DNA of 64,000 bases from an uncultured Gammaproteobacteria bacterium (GTDB lineage: Bacteria > Pseudomonadota > Gammaproteobacteria > Steroidobacterales > Steroidobacteraceae), in assembly GCA_963730565.1 (NCBI GenBank), contig CAVSSU010000007.1, positions 4,170-68,169 on the forward strand, given 5' to 3'. The notes beneath the pieces are model-generated. The model did not search any database and was not told where the DNA came from. It was given only the letters and a program-made list of their open reading frames with translations. Shown in pieces: positions 18,221 through 27,680 of the stretch. The first letter of the stretch is position 1; each line of letters opens with the position of its first letter. The translations under genes and the position numbers were made by a program.

Positions 18221-18742
18221 TCAGAAGGTCACCGTCGCAATCACCGAATCGCTGTACGCGCCGGCCGGCACGTCCGCGCCCGCCGGGAGCGAGCCGTAGG
18301 TCGTGAAGGACAGAGCCGTGGCGACGCTGGCAGCCGTCTGCGCGGCAGGCTCATTGGTGCCTATGGTGCCGGTACCCCATTCCGTCGTGCCGGTGGCGGC
18401 GATGTAGATGTGATAGGGCAACAAGTTGGTTCCGTTGGCCATCTGACGAACCGGCACGGCCGCCGTCGACCCGGTGCCCGGATTCGCGCCTTGATTGAGC
18501 GCCACCGAAACGGAATCTCCCTTGGTGCACTTGGCGGTCACCGCACCGGTGGCCGTCAGGGTCGTCGCGCTGGTGGGATCGTAGTTGGCAAACGCGATGT
18601 TCGAGCTGCCGATGGTGCAGTCGTTGACCACCGTCGTCGTCACGTTGAAAGTCGTATTGCCGGTGCCGGCCCAGGCGCTCAACGCGGCCCCCCCCAGCAC
18701 CATCGCCACGGCAGCGGCCAAAATCTTTTTGTGAGACATCAT
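18221..18742 (-). CDS. SCPU/CsuA/B-like major fimbrial subunit
   Basis: Start at MMSHKKILAAAVAMVLGGAALSAWA with GAGGTG upstream. SCPU motifs are present and the C-terminus is YSDSVIATVTF. It is the first gene of the operon. Confidence 0.8.
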   Translation of the reverse strand: MMSHKKILAAAVAMVLGGAALSAWAGTGNTTFNVTTTVVNDCTIGSSNIAFANYDPTSATTLTATGAVTAKCTKGDSVSVALNQGANPGTGSTAAVPVRQMANGTNLLPYHIYIAATGTTEWGTGTIGTNEPAAQTAASVATALSFTTYGSLPAGADVPAGAYSDSVIATVTF

Positions 18743-19056
18743 TTCGTCACCTCGGTCTGAAGCTTCGCTCTGAAGCTTATATTTGGAACTATTCACACCT
18801 CGAAGGCTCGCCCGATCTCCGTCGCTCCAGCGCTCGCCTCGATCTGGGGCTTGCGTGGAGGCTTGCCGAATGGGCGGCCTTGCTGGGCGCTATTTTTGAC
18901 GGTGCGCAACCGGGGGCGGCGTGACTACGGTCGCAGAATGTAAGGGTATTGCTTAAGATCCGGCGAGAAGTGCCGATAAATGCCCATTTTGCGGAGCGCC
19001 GATCGCCGCTCGAAGGTGGTCAAAGATGCGCTGCCCCCCGCGCAGCGAGCCGCCCG

Positions 19057-20853
19057 TCACAGTTTCGGATCGGCCTCGTACACCACTCGGCCGCCCACCA
19101 CCGTCTGCAACACCTTCACTTGGGCGATCTCCTCGGTCGGGATCTTGAGCACGTTGCGGTCGAGAACGATTAAATCCGCGAACTTGCCGACCTCCAGAGA
19201 TCCGGTGGCCTGATCCTGATGGAGCTCGTAGGATGAGTTCATGGTGATGGCGCGCAGCACCTGGGCACGCGACAATCCGGCATCCTCACTCAAGCGGCGC
19301 CCGGCATACTTAGGGCCGCTTGCCGGAGAGTTGGTGCGGGTGACGCCCACCTTGAGCGCAAACCACTCGTCGAGCGGGTCGACCGGCCAGTCGCTGCCGT
19401 AGGCGATGCGCGCTCCCGCATCCGCAAGGAACGCAGCGGGCTCCATGTACTTGTAGCGCGCCGGGCCCATGTAGTCGCGCGCGTTGTCGACGGTGTCGGA
19501 CGCCTGCTTTTCCCATTGGAACGAAAGCACCGGAATCACGTTCAGCTGTTTGAAGCGGCCGAAGTCGCGCGGATCCACGATCTCATCATGGGCGATCGCC
19601 GCCCGGATGTCCGTGCCGGGAAACTGCGCGCGCATCGCTTCGATTCCGTCCAATCCCTCGTGCACGGCGCGGTCGCCATCCGCATGCATGTGCGGCTCCA
19701 GACCGGCCCCCGCCACGGCGATGAGCAATGCGCGCAGCACCGGCGCGGGGAAATACACCTCCGGCCCGCGATTCTTGCCGGGCGCCCAAGGGGCATTCGC
19801 TTCGGGTCCTCGAGGCTCGAAGTAAGGCTCCAGCATCGCACCGGTCAGCGCGGGCGCCGAGATGACGCCGTCGAGAAACAGCTTCACGTTGCGCGCGGTG
19901 ATCGACGGCGCGCCGCGCACCTCCCCCTCATCGTAACGGCGCGCGAGTTCGGTCGCTGCCGCGACCGCCTTCTTGGGATCCCTTCCGTCCGGCGGTGTGA
20001 TCAAGATGGCGAAGTGCGCGCGCGCCGTCAGGCCTTGCGCGCGCTCGACACCCGCGAACGCGGCGAGATCTCGATCCAGCGCCATGGCGTCGAGGAACGT
20101 GGTGATGCCCTGCTTGCGCATGACGTTGAGCGCTGCCTGCGCGGAGCGTACGTCCTCGCTTGGCGTGGGCGTCGGCAAAAATTTGGTGACCAACTCCTGA
20201 GCGGCATCCTCCAGCAGCCCGGTGGGACTGCCGTTGGGATCGCGCCAGATCTTGCCGCCGAGCGGCGCCTGCGTGGCGGCGTCGATGCCCGCCAATTGAA
20301 TGGCGCGGGAGTTCACGAGTGACGTATGGCCGAATGAGGAGACGACTAGAATCGGCCGTCGCGTCTTGAGCGCGTCCAGAGCCGCCCGCGTGGCCTGGAA
20401 GCCGGCCGGAATCATGCCCTCCTGAAACCAATTCACGACTTCGAGCCAGCCGTCCGGCTCGCGTGAGCGAGTTTGGTCGAGACACTTCTGAATCCCCGCC
20501 TGCATCTGCTTGACGGTCAGCTGCAAGTATTGCAGATTGCACTTGAGGAGCGATGCGCCGCCGTCGAGTGGATGCATGTGCCCGTCGACCAGTCCGGGCA
20601 TCAACATGCGTCCGTGAAGATCGATCTGCCGCGTGTGCTCGCCGATCAGGGGCGCCGCTCCGGCGTCGCTTCCGACGTAAACGATGACACCGCCGCGGAC
20701 GGCCAGCGCCTGTTGGACGCTGTCCTGCGCATCCACCGTGTACACGAACCCGTGAAGATAGACGAGGTCCGCCGGACCCGGATCCTGCGCGGCAGGAACC
20801 GCGGCCGCCAGCAAGTTCAGCGCGATCGAGAGAACACCTGCCTCAAACCGCAT
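19057..20853 (-). CDS. secreted metal-dependent amidohydrolase (Amidohydro_3-like)
   Basis: Signal peptide followed by [19 protein letters not shown] (HxH metal site). Later motifs are HADGD and YGSDWPV. Confidence 0.8.
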   Translation of the reverse strand: MRFEAGVLSIALNLLAAAVPAAQDPGPADLVYLHGFVYTVDAQDSVQQALAVRGGVIVYVGSDAGAAPLIGEHTRQIDLHGRMLMPGLVDGHMHPLDGGASLLKCNLQYLQLTVKQMQAGIQKCLDQTRSREPDGWLEVVNWFQEGMIPAGFQATRAALDALKTRRPILVVSSFGHTSLVNSRAIQLAGIDAATQAPLGGKIWRDPNGSPTGLLEDAAQELVTKFLPTPTPSEDVRSAQAALNVMRKQGITTFLDAMALDRDLAAFAGVERAQGLTARAHFAILITPPDGRDPKKAVAAATELARRYDEGEVRGAPSITARNVKLFLDGVISAPALTGAMLEPYFEPRGPEANAPWAPGKNRGPEVYFPAPVLRALLIAVAGAGLEPHMHADGDRAVHEGLDGIEAMRAQFPGTDIRAAIAHDEIVDPRDFGRFKQLNVIPVLSFQWEKQASDTVDNARDYMGPARYKYMEPAAFLADAGARIAYGSDWPVDPLDEWFALKVGVTRTNSPASGPKYAGRRLSEDAGLSRAQVLRAITMNSSYELHQDQATGSLEVGKFADLIVLDRNVLKIPTEEIAQVKVLQTVVGGRVVYEADPKL

Positions 20854-22144
20854 CTAGCGCTGCTCCGAGATCGGCGATGAGATCGTCGGGGTCCTCGATG
20901 CCGACCGAGATTCGGATCAGCGCATCGCTGATCCCGATTCGATCGCGGGTCTCCTTGGGCACGCCGGAATGGGTGGTGCTCGCCGGATGCGAGATCAAGG
21001 TTTCCGTTCCGCCGAGGCTCACCGCGAGCTTGATGAACTGCAGCCCGTCGAGCAGGCGAAACGCCTCCGCCTCGCCCCCTTTGACGGAAAATCCGAACGT
21101 CGAGCCCGCACTCAAGCATTGACGCTCGAACACCCCCTTGCGGGGATCGTCCGCGGCGAGGAAGCCCAGGTAGTTGACGCCGGCGATCTTCGGGTGCGTG
21201 CGCAAAAATCCGGCGACCCGCGCCGCGTTCTGCGCGGATTTGTGCATGCGCAACGACAGGGTTTCCATCGAGCGCATGATCATCCACGCGGTGTTCGGGT
21301 CGAGCTGGGTGCCGAGCGCGCCGCGCAGCCTCTTGATCGGCTCGACGACGCTGCGCGCGCCGACCACTCCTCCCGCCACCAGGTCGGAATGGCCGCCGAC
21401 ATATTTGGTCAGCGAGTACAGCACCAGATCGGCGCCGAGCGAGAGCGGGCGCTGGAACACCGGACCGAGGAAGGTATTGTCCACGAGCACCGGAGGACGA
21501 CCTCCGGTTTGCCGCGCGCCGATCTCGCCCGAAATCTCGCGCATGAGCGCAAGATCCACCAGGCTGTTGGTCGGGTTGGCGGGAGTCTCCGTCATGATCA
21601 GACAGACTCTGCCGCCTGTCTCGCGTGCGCGGGCACTTGCGCGCTCCGCCGCCGCCTTCACGGCCGCGGGGTCGTATCCTTCCGTGAAACCCACCGTGCT
21701 GACGCCGAAGGCGGGCAACGTCTTGTCGATCAGCGTCTCGGTGCCCCCGTACAGCGGCTGGCTCATCAGGATCACATCGCCGGGCCGTACGTACGCGAAC
21801 AGCGCGGTGGAGATAGCGGACATTCCGCTCGAGAACACGGCGGCAGCCTCGCCCTGTTCCCACAGGGCGAGCCGATCCTCGAGCACCTCGAGATTCGGAT
21901 TGTTGAAGCGCGAATAGACGAGGCCGGCCGCCTGCCCCGCCCTCGGTTGGCGGCGACCAGAGCTGTAGTCGAAAAAATCCTTGCCGTCCTGGGCGGTCTT
22001 GAATACGAAGGTCGAGGTCAGGAATATCGGCGGCTTGAGCGAGCCCTCCGACAGGGAAGGGTCGTAGCCGAACCCCATCATCTGGGTCTCCGGCTTCAAC
22101 ACGTGATCGCCGATTTTGCGTTTATGATATGCGTCGTAGCTCAC
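20843..22144 (-). CDS. Cys/Met-metabolism PLP-dependent enzyme (cystathionine gamma-synthase/lyase family)
   Basis: Contains the PLP-lysine motif [15 protein letters not shown] and the family core VYSRFNNPN...SSGMSAI. I prefer the GTG start at 22144 (AGGAGG 4 nt upstream) over the ATG at 22183. Confidence 0.8.
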   Translation of the reverse strand: MSYDAYHKRKIGDHVLKPETQMMGFGYDPSLSEGSLKPPIFLTSTFVFKTAQDGKDFFDYSSGRRQPRAGQAAGLVYSRFNNPNLEVLEDRLALWEQGEAAAVFSSGMSAISTALFAYVRPGDVILMSQPLYGGTETLIDKTLPAFGVSTVGFTEGYDPAAVKAAAERASARARETGGRVCLIMTETPANPTNSLVDLALMREISGEIGARQTGGRPPVLVDNTFLGPVFQRPLSLGADLVLYSLTKYVGGHSDLVAGGVVGARSVVEPIKRLRGALGTQLDPNTAWMIMRSMETLSLRMHKSAQNAARVAGFLRTHPKIAGVNYLGFLAADDPRKGVFERQCLSAGSTFGFSVKGGEAEAFRLLDGLQFIKLAVSLGGTETLISHPASTTHSGVPKETRDRIGISDALIRISVGIEDPDDLIADLGAALDAV

Positions 22145-22197
22145 GTCGCCTCCTATGTTTTCAATGGCGACAATATACTCCAAGGAAACCAGCGTAC

Positions 22198-22896
22198 GTG
22201 TTATTGATCGTCATCGCCCTCGCGGCGTTCTCGAGCACCATTGCCGGCGGCATGCTGGCGCTCGGATTGCGCGACAAGCTGCACCTGATCCTGGGCTTCA
22301 GCGCGGGAGCGGTCATCGGCGTGGCGTTTTTCGATCTGCTGCCGGAGTCGCTCGCATTGGGCTTGCGCTTCCACGAGGCGGGCACGCTTTTGTCCCTGGC
22401 CGCGCTCGGCTTCCTGGCGTATCTGGTGCTCGACCGGATCCTCTTGTTCCACGCCGACACCTTGCCACGCGGGGCGGTGGGGGCCGGCGTGCTCTGCGTG
22501 CACAGCCTGCTCGACGGTGTGGCCATTGGATTGGCTTTTCAGGCCTCCAGGAGCGTGGGGATCATCGTGGCGATCGCCGTGCTCACGCACGACTTCTCCG
22601 ACGGCATCAACACCATGAACGTCGTGCTCAAGAATCATGGCGACCGCCCGCGGGCGCTCTACTGGCTGTTGCTCGATGCGGTTGCGCCGGTCGCCGGCAT
22701 CGCCGCGACGGCGCTCTTCAAATTGCGCATCGATGGATTCGGCGTGATCCTCGCGCTGTTCGCCGGCTTCTTCCTCTACATCGGCGCGAGCGATCTCATC
22801 CCCGAGAGCTACCACGCTCATCCGAAGCTTCTGACCACCGTGATGACGCTGGTGGGCGCGGCAGTGCTGTATGCCGCGGTGTCTCTCGTCGGCTGA
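22198..22896 (+). CDS. ZIP-family divalent metal transporter
   Basis: Multi-TM protein whose N-terminus aligns with the ZupT type ([16 protein letters not shown]). It also has the HDFSDG motif. The GTG start is inferred, because the ATG ORF start would overlap the divergent gene. Confidence 0.75.
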   Translation: MLLIVIALAAFSSTIAGGMLALGLRDKLHLILGFSAGAVIGVAFFDLLPESLALGLRFHEAGTLLSLAALGFLAYLVLDRILLFHADTLPRGAVGAGVLCVHSLLDGVAIGLAFQASRSVGIIVAIAVLTHDFSDGINTMNVVLKNHGDRPRALYWLLLDAVAPVAGIAATALFKLRIDGFGVILALFAGFFLYIGASDLIPESYHAHPKLLTTVMTLVGAAVLYAAVSLVG

Positions 22897-22916
22897 GCGC
22901 GGCGCTCTTGCCGCCT

Positions 22917-23795
22917 TCAGTCCTTGATCGCAACCGCCGCGGTGCCGCTCGTCGCCGCACTCCCCGCCGAGGCGGCCATGATGGCGACGATCGCCGCCCA
23001 TTGGATCAGCGATAGGCGCTCGTGCAGGAAGCAGAGTCCCGACAGCGCCCCGAGCGCGGGTTCCGCGCTCATCAGCACGCCGAAGGTCCTGGTGGGGATC
23101 CGCGTGAGCGCAAACATCTCGAGGGAATATGGCAGCGCGCTGGACAGCACCGCCACTCCGAGAGCCGCCGGCAGCACCGCCGGGTTGAAGAGCGACCCGC
23201 CCGCCTGCACCGCCCCGATGGGAGCGATCACCAGGGCGCCGATGATGGTGCCCATCGCCGTGCTGACTCCGCCGTGCGCGTCGCCCGCCTTGCGCCCGAA
23301 CACGATATAGAGAGCCCAACAGACGCCGGCTCCGAGGGCGAACGCAATGCCGACGCCGGATACCGCCCCATGGCCCATCGGCAGCAACGCCAGGAGCCCG
23401 AGCGCCGCAAGAGCGACCCAGACATGATCGAGCGCGCGATGAGAGGCCGCGATGGCCACCGCCAGCGGGCCCGTGAACTCCAGCGCGACGGCGATGCCCA
23501 GCGGAATGCGGGACAGCGCCGAATAGAAGCAAAAGTTCATGCAGCCCATCGCGACCCCGTAAACGACGATGCTGCCGGCTTGCCGCGCCGTGGGACGCAG
23601 CCGCCAGGGTCGCCATACCGCTGCGAGGATCACGCTCGCGATTCCAAGCCGCAGCGTCGTTGCGCCGGCAACCCCGACCGCCGGAAACAATCCCTTGACC
23701 AGAGCCGCGCCGACCTGAACGCTCACCATCGCGATGGCAAGCACGCCGACGGGTAATGCGATGGAGGTCGACTTGAACGATGCGGAAGCGGTCAC
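22917..23795 (-). CDS. EamA/DMT-family exporter (RhtA-like)
   Basis: 292 aa with about 10 TM segments and two EamA-like halves. Confidence 0.75.
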   Translation of the reverse strand: MTASASFKSTSIALPVGVLAIAMVSVQVGAALVKGLFPAVGVAGATTLRLGIASVILAAVWRPWRLRPTARQAGSIVVYGVAMGCMNFCFYSALSRIPLGIAVALEFTGPLAVAIAASHRALDHVWVALAALGLLALLPMGHGAVSGVGIAFALGAGVCWALYIVFGRKAGDAHGGVSTAMGTIIGALVIAPIGAVQAGGSLFNPAVLPAALGVAVLSSALPYSLEMFALTRIPTRTFGVLMSAEPALGALSGLCFLHERLSLIQWAAIVAIMAASAGSAATSGTAAVAIKD

Positions 23796-23888
23796 GATAA
23801 TCCGGTAGTCTTCGCTATGCTGAGATTACCATTGCGCGACCGCACGCCCCTCCGAATTGATTCTCCGGCAGCCTTGCGCTCGCGCGAT

Positions 23889-24524
23889 ATGTCGCCGCTC
23901 GACCGCGGGATGCTGCCCCGCGATACGGTCGCGCTCGCTCGATTCCTTCTGGGCAAGATCGTCGTACGTGAGATGGGCAAGCGGCTGCTCAGCGGACGCA
24001 TCGTCGAGACCGAGGCCTACCTCGAGGCCGATCCGGCTTGTCATGCGTTCCGCGGCATGACCCCGCGCAACCGCTCGCTTTTTCTGGAAGCCGGTCATGC
24101 CTATGTCTACCTGTGCTACGGCACCTCTTATATGCTCAACGTATCGAGCGAAGCTGCCGGCATCGGCGCCGGCGTCCTGTTGCGCGCCCTCGAGCCACTA
24201 TCCGGCATTGAGCATATGCAGCGCGCCCGCAACGCCTCGAGTTTGCGCGACCTGGCGCGCGGGCCGGGGCGCCTGGGCGAAGCCCTGGGCATCGACCTGA
24301 GGCACGACGGGCTGGACCTGTGCCGGCGCGGACGCTTGTGGATCGGGGACGACGGTGCTTCGGTGGATGTGATCGGCGAGAGCGTGCGCATCGGCCTCAC
24401 CAAAGGTGCCGAGGCGCGGTTGAGATATTTCGTGACGGGCAATCACTATTTGAGCGGATCGCGCAGTCTCAATGGCTCGGCGCCCGACGCGCGTACGCGG
24501 CGTGGCGCCGGAACGAAGCCTTGA
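23889..24524 (+). CDS. DNA-3-methyladenine glycosylase, MPG/AAG family
   Basis: Motif block LARFLLGKIVV...GRIVETEAYLEADPACHAF...RNRSLF...GHAYVYLCYG. Confidence 0.85.
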   Translation: MSPLDRGMLPRDTVALARFLLGKIVVREMGKRLLSGRIVETEAYLEADPACHAFRGMTPRNRSLFLEAGHAYVYLCYGTSYMLNVSSEAAGIGAGVLLRALEPLSGIEHMQRARNASSLRDLARGPGRLGEALGIDLRHDGLDLCRRGRLWIGDDGASVDVIGESVRIGLTKGAEARLRYFVTGNHYLSGSRSLNGSAPDARTRRGAGTKP

Positions 24525-25474
24525 ATCCGATCGCCGACAGGCTTGCGACACAGCCACTCATCGTGCTCGATGGAGCGCTCGCCACCGAGCTCGAGCGGCG
24601 CGGTGTCGACCTTCGCGACCCGCTTTGGTCGGCCAAATGCCTGATCGAATCGCCGCAGACCATCCGTGCGGTGCACATGGATTACTTCAGGGCCGGCGCC
24701 GACGTGGCAACCACCGCGACCTACCAGGCGACCTTCGAAGGCTTCGAGCGCCGCGGCATCGGCCGGCAACAGGCCGCACGGCTGATGCGCGATGCGGTCG
24801 CGATCGCGACGGACGCTCGAGATGAATTCTGGGCCGACCCCTCGAACCGGGAGTCGCGCCGCCGGCCTTTCGTCGCGGCGTCCGTCGGGCCGTACGGCGC
24901 CATGCTGGCGGACGGGTCCGAGTATCGCGGCGGGTACCTCGTGAGCGACGCTGAACTCGCGCGCTTTCACCGCCCGCGGCTGGAGATCTTGGCGAGTACG
25001 GGCGCGGATCTCATCGCGTGCGAGACGCTGCCCTGCCTGCGCGAGGCCATGGTCCTCGCCAGGCTGCTGCAGGAATTTCCGGCGGTCAGCGCGTGGATCA
25101 GCTTTTCATGCGTCGACGGCAGCCGCAATTCGCAGGGTGAGTCGATCTCCGAGTGCGCCGCGGCTTTGCGCGGTCACGATCAAATCGCGGCGCTCGGCGT
25201 GAATTGCACGGCGCCGGCGTACGTGACCGAGCTCCTCGAGAGGATGCATGGGCAGGCCGACAAGCCGCTGCTCGCCTATCCGAATTCCGGTGAGGCCTAC
25301 GACGCCCGCGAGAAGCGGTGGGTCGTGCACGCGCAGTGCCGGCGCATCTCCGACGAAGTGGGCGATTGGTATCGTGCGGGAGCACGCCTCATCGGCGGTT
25401 GCTGCCGCAGCACGCCCGCGGACATTCGCGAGATCGTCGCGCAGGCGCGCTCGCTGGCGGGCTCAATGATCTGA
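24521..25474 (+). CDS. mmuM: homocysteine S-methyltransferase
   Basis: Motifs LDGALATELERRG, DPLWSAKCLIESP and HMDYFRAGADVATTATYQA, plus C-terminal Zn ligands GGCCRSTP. The TTG start overlaps the mpg stop (TTGA). Confidence 0.85.
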   Translation: MNPIADRLATQPLIVLDGALATELERRGVDLRDPLWSAKCLIESPQTIRAVHMDYFRAGADVATTATYQATFEGFERRGIGRQQAARLMRDAVAIATDARDEFWADPSNRESRRRPFVAASVGPYGAMLADGSEYRGGYLVSDAELARFHRPRLEILASTGADLIACETLPCLREAMVLARLLQEFPAVSAWISFSCVDGSRNSQGESISECAAALRGHDQIAALGVNCTAPAYVTELLERMHGQADKPLLAYPNSGEAYDAREKRWVVHAQCRRISDEVGDWYRAGARLIGGCCRSTPADIREIVAQARSLAGSMI

Positions 25475-26251
25475 GAAGTGGGGTTCCCGCTTCTCGAAAA
25501 ACGCCCTCACACCCTCGACGCAGTCCTGCGTCTCCAGCGTCATCTCCTGAGCACTGCGCTCGGCCCGCAGCTGTTCCTGCAGCGAGTTGTCGAACGTCGA
25601 CGCATGGAGGGCGCGAATCTGACCGAGCACGGCGCAGGGGCCGGACGCCAGCTTGTGAGCAACTTCCTGCGCCCGCGCCTGTACCTCGCCATCCGGCGCA
25701 ACGGCGTACGCAAGGCCCCAATCGAGCGCCGTTTTCGCGTTGATCTTTTCCGCCAGCATGAGGGCGGCGAGCGATCGACCGCCGCCGATGCGCCTCGCCA
25801 GATGAAACGTGATGCCCGCGTCCGGCACCAACCCCAAGCGCGCGAACGAGGGACAGAAATACGCGCTTTCGCCCACGATGATGATATCGCTGGCGAGCGC
25901 CAGGCTCATGCCCGCACCGACCGCGGCCCCATTCACGGCGGCGATGATCGGATACCGGAAGCCGCTGAGCCTCGTGATCAGGGGGTCCATGAAGCGGCGC
26001 ATCTCGAAGTGCGCACGCTGTCTCGCCTGCCGGGTGTTGAGGTCGACCGAGTGCAGATCGAGCCCGCTGCAGAACACGTCGCCGCTCCCGGTGATGATGA
26101 CTGCGCGCGCTCCGCCCTCCCCTTTTTGAATTTGATCGAGCGCCAGGTGGAATGAGCGGATGATGGATATGTCGATCGCGTTGCTGACTTGCGGCCGCTG
26201 TATGCTCAACGTCGCAACGCCGTCGGAGACCGTGACGGATAGTGAATTCAT
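25463..26251 (-). CDS. enoyl-CoA hydratase/isomerase (crotonase) family protein
   Basis: Motifs DGVATLSIQRPQVSNAI, GSGDVFCSGLDL and AAVNGAAVGAGMSLALASD. GGGAGG lies upstream of the ATG at 26251. Confidence 0.8.
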   Translation of the reverse strand: MNSLSVTVSDGVATLSIQRPQVSNAIDISIIRSFHLALDQIQKGEGGARAVIITGSGDVFCSGLDLHSVDLNTRQARQRAHFEMRRFMDPLITRLSGFRYPIIAAVNGAAVGAGMSLALASDIIIVGESAYFCPSFARLGLVPDAGITFHLARRIGGGRSLAALMLAEKINAKTALDWGLAYAVAPDGEVQARAQEVAHKLASGPCAVLGQIRALHASTFDNSLQEQLRAERSAQEMTLETQDCVEGVRAFFEKREPHFSDH

Positions 26252-26412
26252 AGGCCCACCTCCCGCTCCTGGTGCCGTGCGCACCGCTCACTTATTCTGT
26301 CAACTGAACTCCAGTGCCTGCAAGCCGATCATGCGCCCGGCGCGCCATCCCTGCAATACGACCGGCCGTTGACGGCGGCACGCTCGCGTGCTCCATCGAT
26401 CTCCCGGTCCTG

Positions 26413-26455
26413 AAAACGACGGCGCCCGTGGCGGCTCGGTAGCCGGCACGGGCGC
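26413..26455 (-). terminator. Rho-independent terminator candidate after the YXWGXW lipoprotein gene
   Basis: 9-bp perfect stem GCGCCCGTG/CACGGGCGC (26422-26430 / 26447-26455) plus inner pairing. On the minus strand it is followed by GTCGTTTTC. Confidence 0.5.
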
Positions 26456-26485
26456 TCGATGCGGACGATCGAGAAAATCCTGGCG

Positions 26486-27502
26486 TCAGGGTTTCTCGCC
26501 CTCCTTGTGCTCCGCCGGAGCTTTGGGCTTCGCGGCGGGCTTGGGCTGCGCCTTTTGCGCAGGCTTCGGAGGCGCGCCCTGCGGGCGAGCCGCGGCGGCG
26601 GCCGGCGGATGTGCCCCGCCGTTGACCGGCGCACGCGCGGCCGGATTCCCAGAGTTCACCGGTGCCGGATGGGCGGCCGGAGCGGCTGCGCGCGGCGGCG
26701 CACCCTTTGCACTCACCACACCCGGCCCATTGAACGACGCCGGTCGCGCGGTGGCGGCAATCGCCGGATGACCGCCGTTCGCCTTGGCGGCGAGCTGGGG
26801 ATTGCGCACGGCTTCAGCGACGTGCTGTTTTTGAGCCGGCGTGGGCGGAACGTGCGGCTCAGACATCGCCGCCTTTTCCTGCGGCGTCGGTGCCGCGGCA
26901 ACGCCACCCGCGCCGCCGTTGTAGCTCACCTTGTTCACCGTGACGTTGTTGACCGTTACGTTGTTCACGTAGGTGTTGTGGATCACGGTGGTGTTCACGT
27001 GCACGACCGCGGTGTTGTACGAGAAGGAGTTGCCGACCCAGCGGCCGCCCACGAACCCGACGCCCCCATAGCCGAAGCCGTAGTTGACGCCGCCGTAGAA
27101 CCCGATGTGCGGGCCCCAATAGCCGGCATGGAACATATAGACGCCGCCAACGAACCCCCAGTAGCCGGGCGTCCAGAGCACGCCCACCTGCGGCGGTGCG
27201 ACCCAGGTGCCCGGGATCCAATAATAACCTCCCGTCGAATAAGCCCAGTAGCCGGGCGTCCACAGCCATCCGTCCTCGGGACAGGGCGGCTGATCGTAGT
27301 CCGGGAGCGGAGGCGGCGGCTCGGTCGCCTGCACCTCGACCTCGACCGGTGCCGCGGCGGGCGGCGACGGCGCGTAGACGCGCGGGGGTGGGGGCGGCGG
27401 CGGCGGCGGCGGACCCGGCACTCGCACGGTGGCGACGCAGCCTGCGAGCAGGCTCCCCGCGGCCAGTGAACACAACAATGATTTTTGCGATGGTATCGAC
27501 AT
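26486..27502 (-). CDS. lipoprotein with poly-Pro linker and YXWGXW-type aromatic/Gly repeats
   Basis: Lipobox LLAGC. A P10 run is followed by repeats WTPGYWAY / YWIPGTW / WTPGYWGF / HAGYWGP. The tail is Ala/Pro/Lys-rich. Confidence 0.65.
   Translation of the reverse strand: MSIPSQKSLLCSLAAGSLLAGCVATVRVPGPPPPPPPPPPRVYAPSPPAAAPVEVEVQATEPPPPLPDYDQPPCPEDGWLWTPGYWAYSTGGYYWIPGTWVAPPQVGVLWTPGYWGFVGGVYMFHAGYWGPHIGFYGGVNYGFGYGGVGFVGGRWVGNSFSYNTAVVHVNTTVIHNTYVNNVTVNNVTVNKVSYNGGAGGVAAAPTPQEKAAMSEPHVPPTPAQKQHVAEAVRNPQLAAKANGGHPAIAATARPASFNGPGVVSAKGAPPRAAAPAAHPAPVNSGNPAARAPVNGGAHPPAAAAARPQGAPPKPAQKAQPKPAAKPKAPAEHKEGEKP
27393..27410. repeat. (GGC)6 trinucleotide repeat encoding part of the poly-proline run
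   Basis: Read directly in the sequence. Confidence 0.9.
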
Positions 27503-27621
27503 GTTCCTGCCTTTGGCTGGTTGATCTATATCCGATGCAGCGTAGTGAAGGGACGCCGCTTTGAACTCATATAACGTCACAGTGCGAATGACAGGTAGTT
27601 CCGTGAAGCAAATGTAACGCG

Positions 27622-27659
27622 AAAAAAAGCGGCCTCGCTGTCGCCATGGGGCGACAGCG
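27622..27659 (-). terminator. terminator-like hairpin downstream of the MFS transporter gene
   Basis: 10-bp stem CGCTGTCGCC/GGCGACAGCG (27636-27645 / 27650-27659). On the minus strand a T7 run follows 7 nt after the stem. Confidence 0.45.
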
Positions 27660-27680
27660 CAAAAGCGTGGCATCCCTCCG

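Noticed and set aside
14023-18742. Invertible (phase or antigenic variation) segment bounded by the two inverted SCPU subunit paralogues.
   Set aside because: The longest exact DNA identity I can see is 17 nt. No recombinase gene or defined inverted-repeat boundaries are present. Ordinary paralogy is sufficient.
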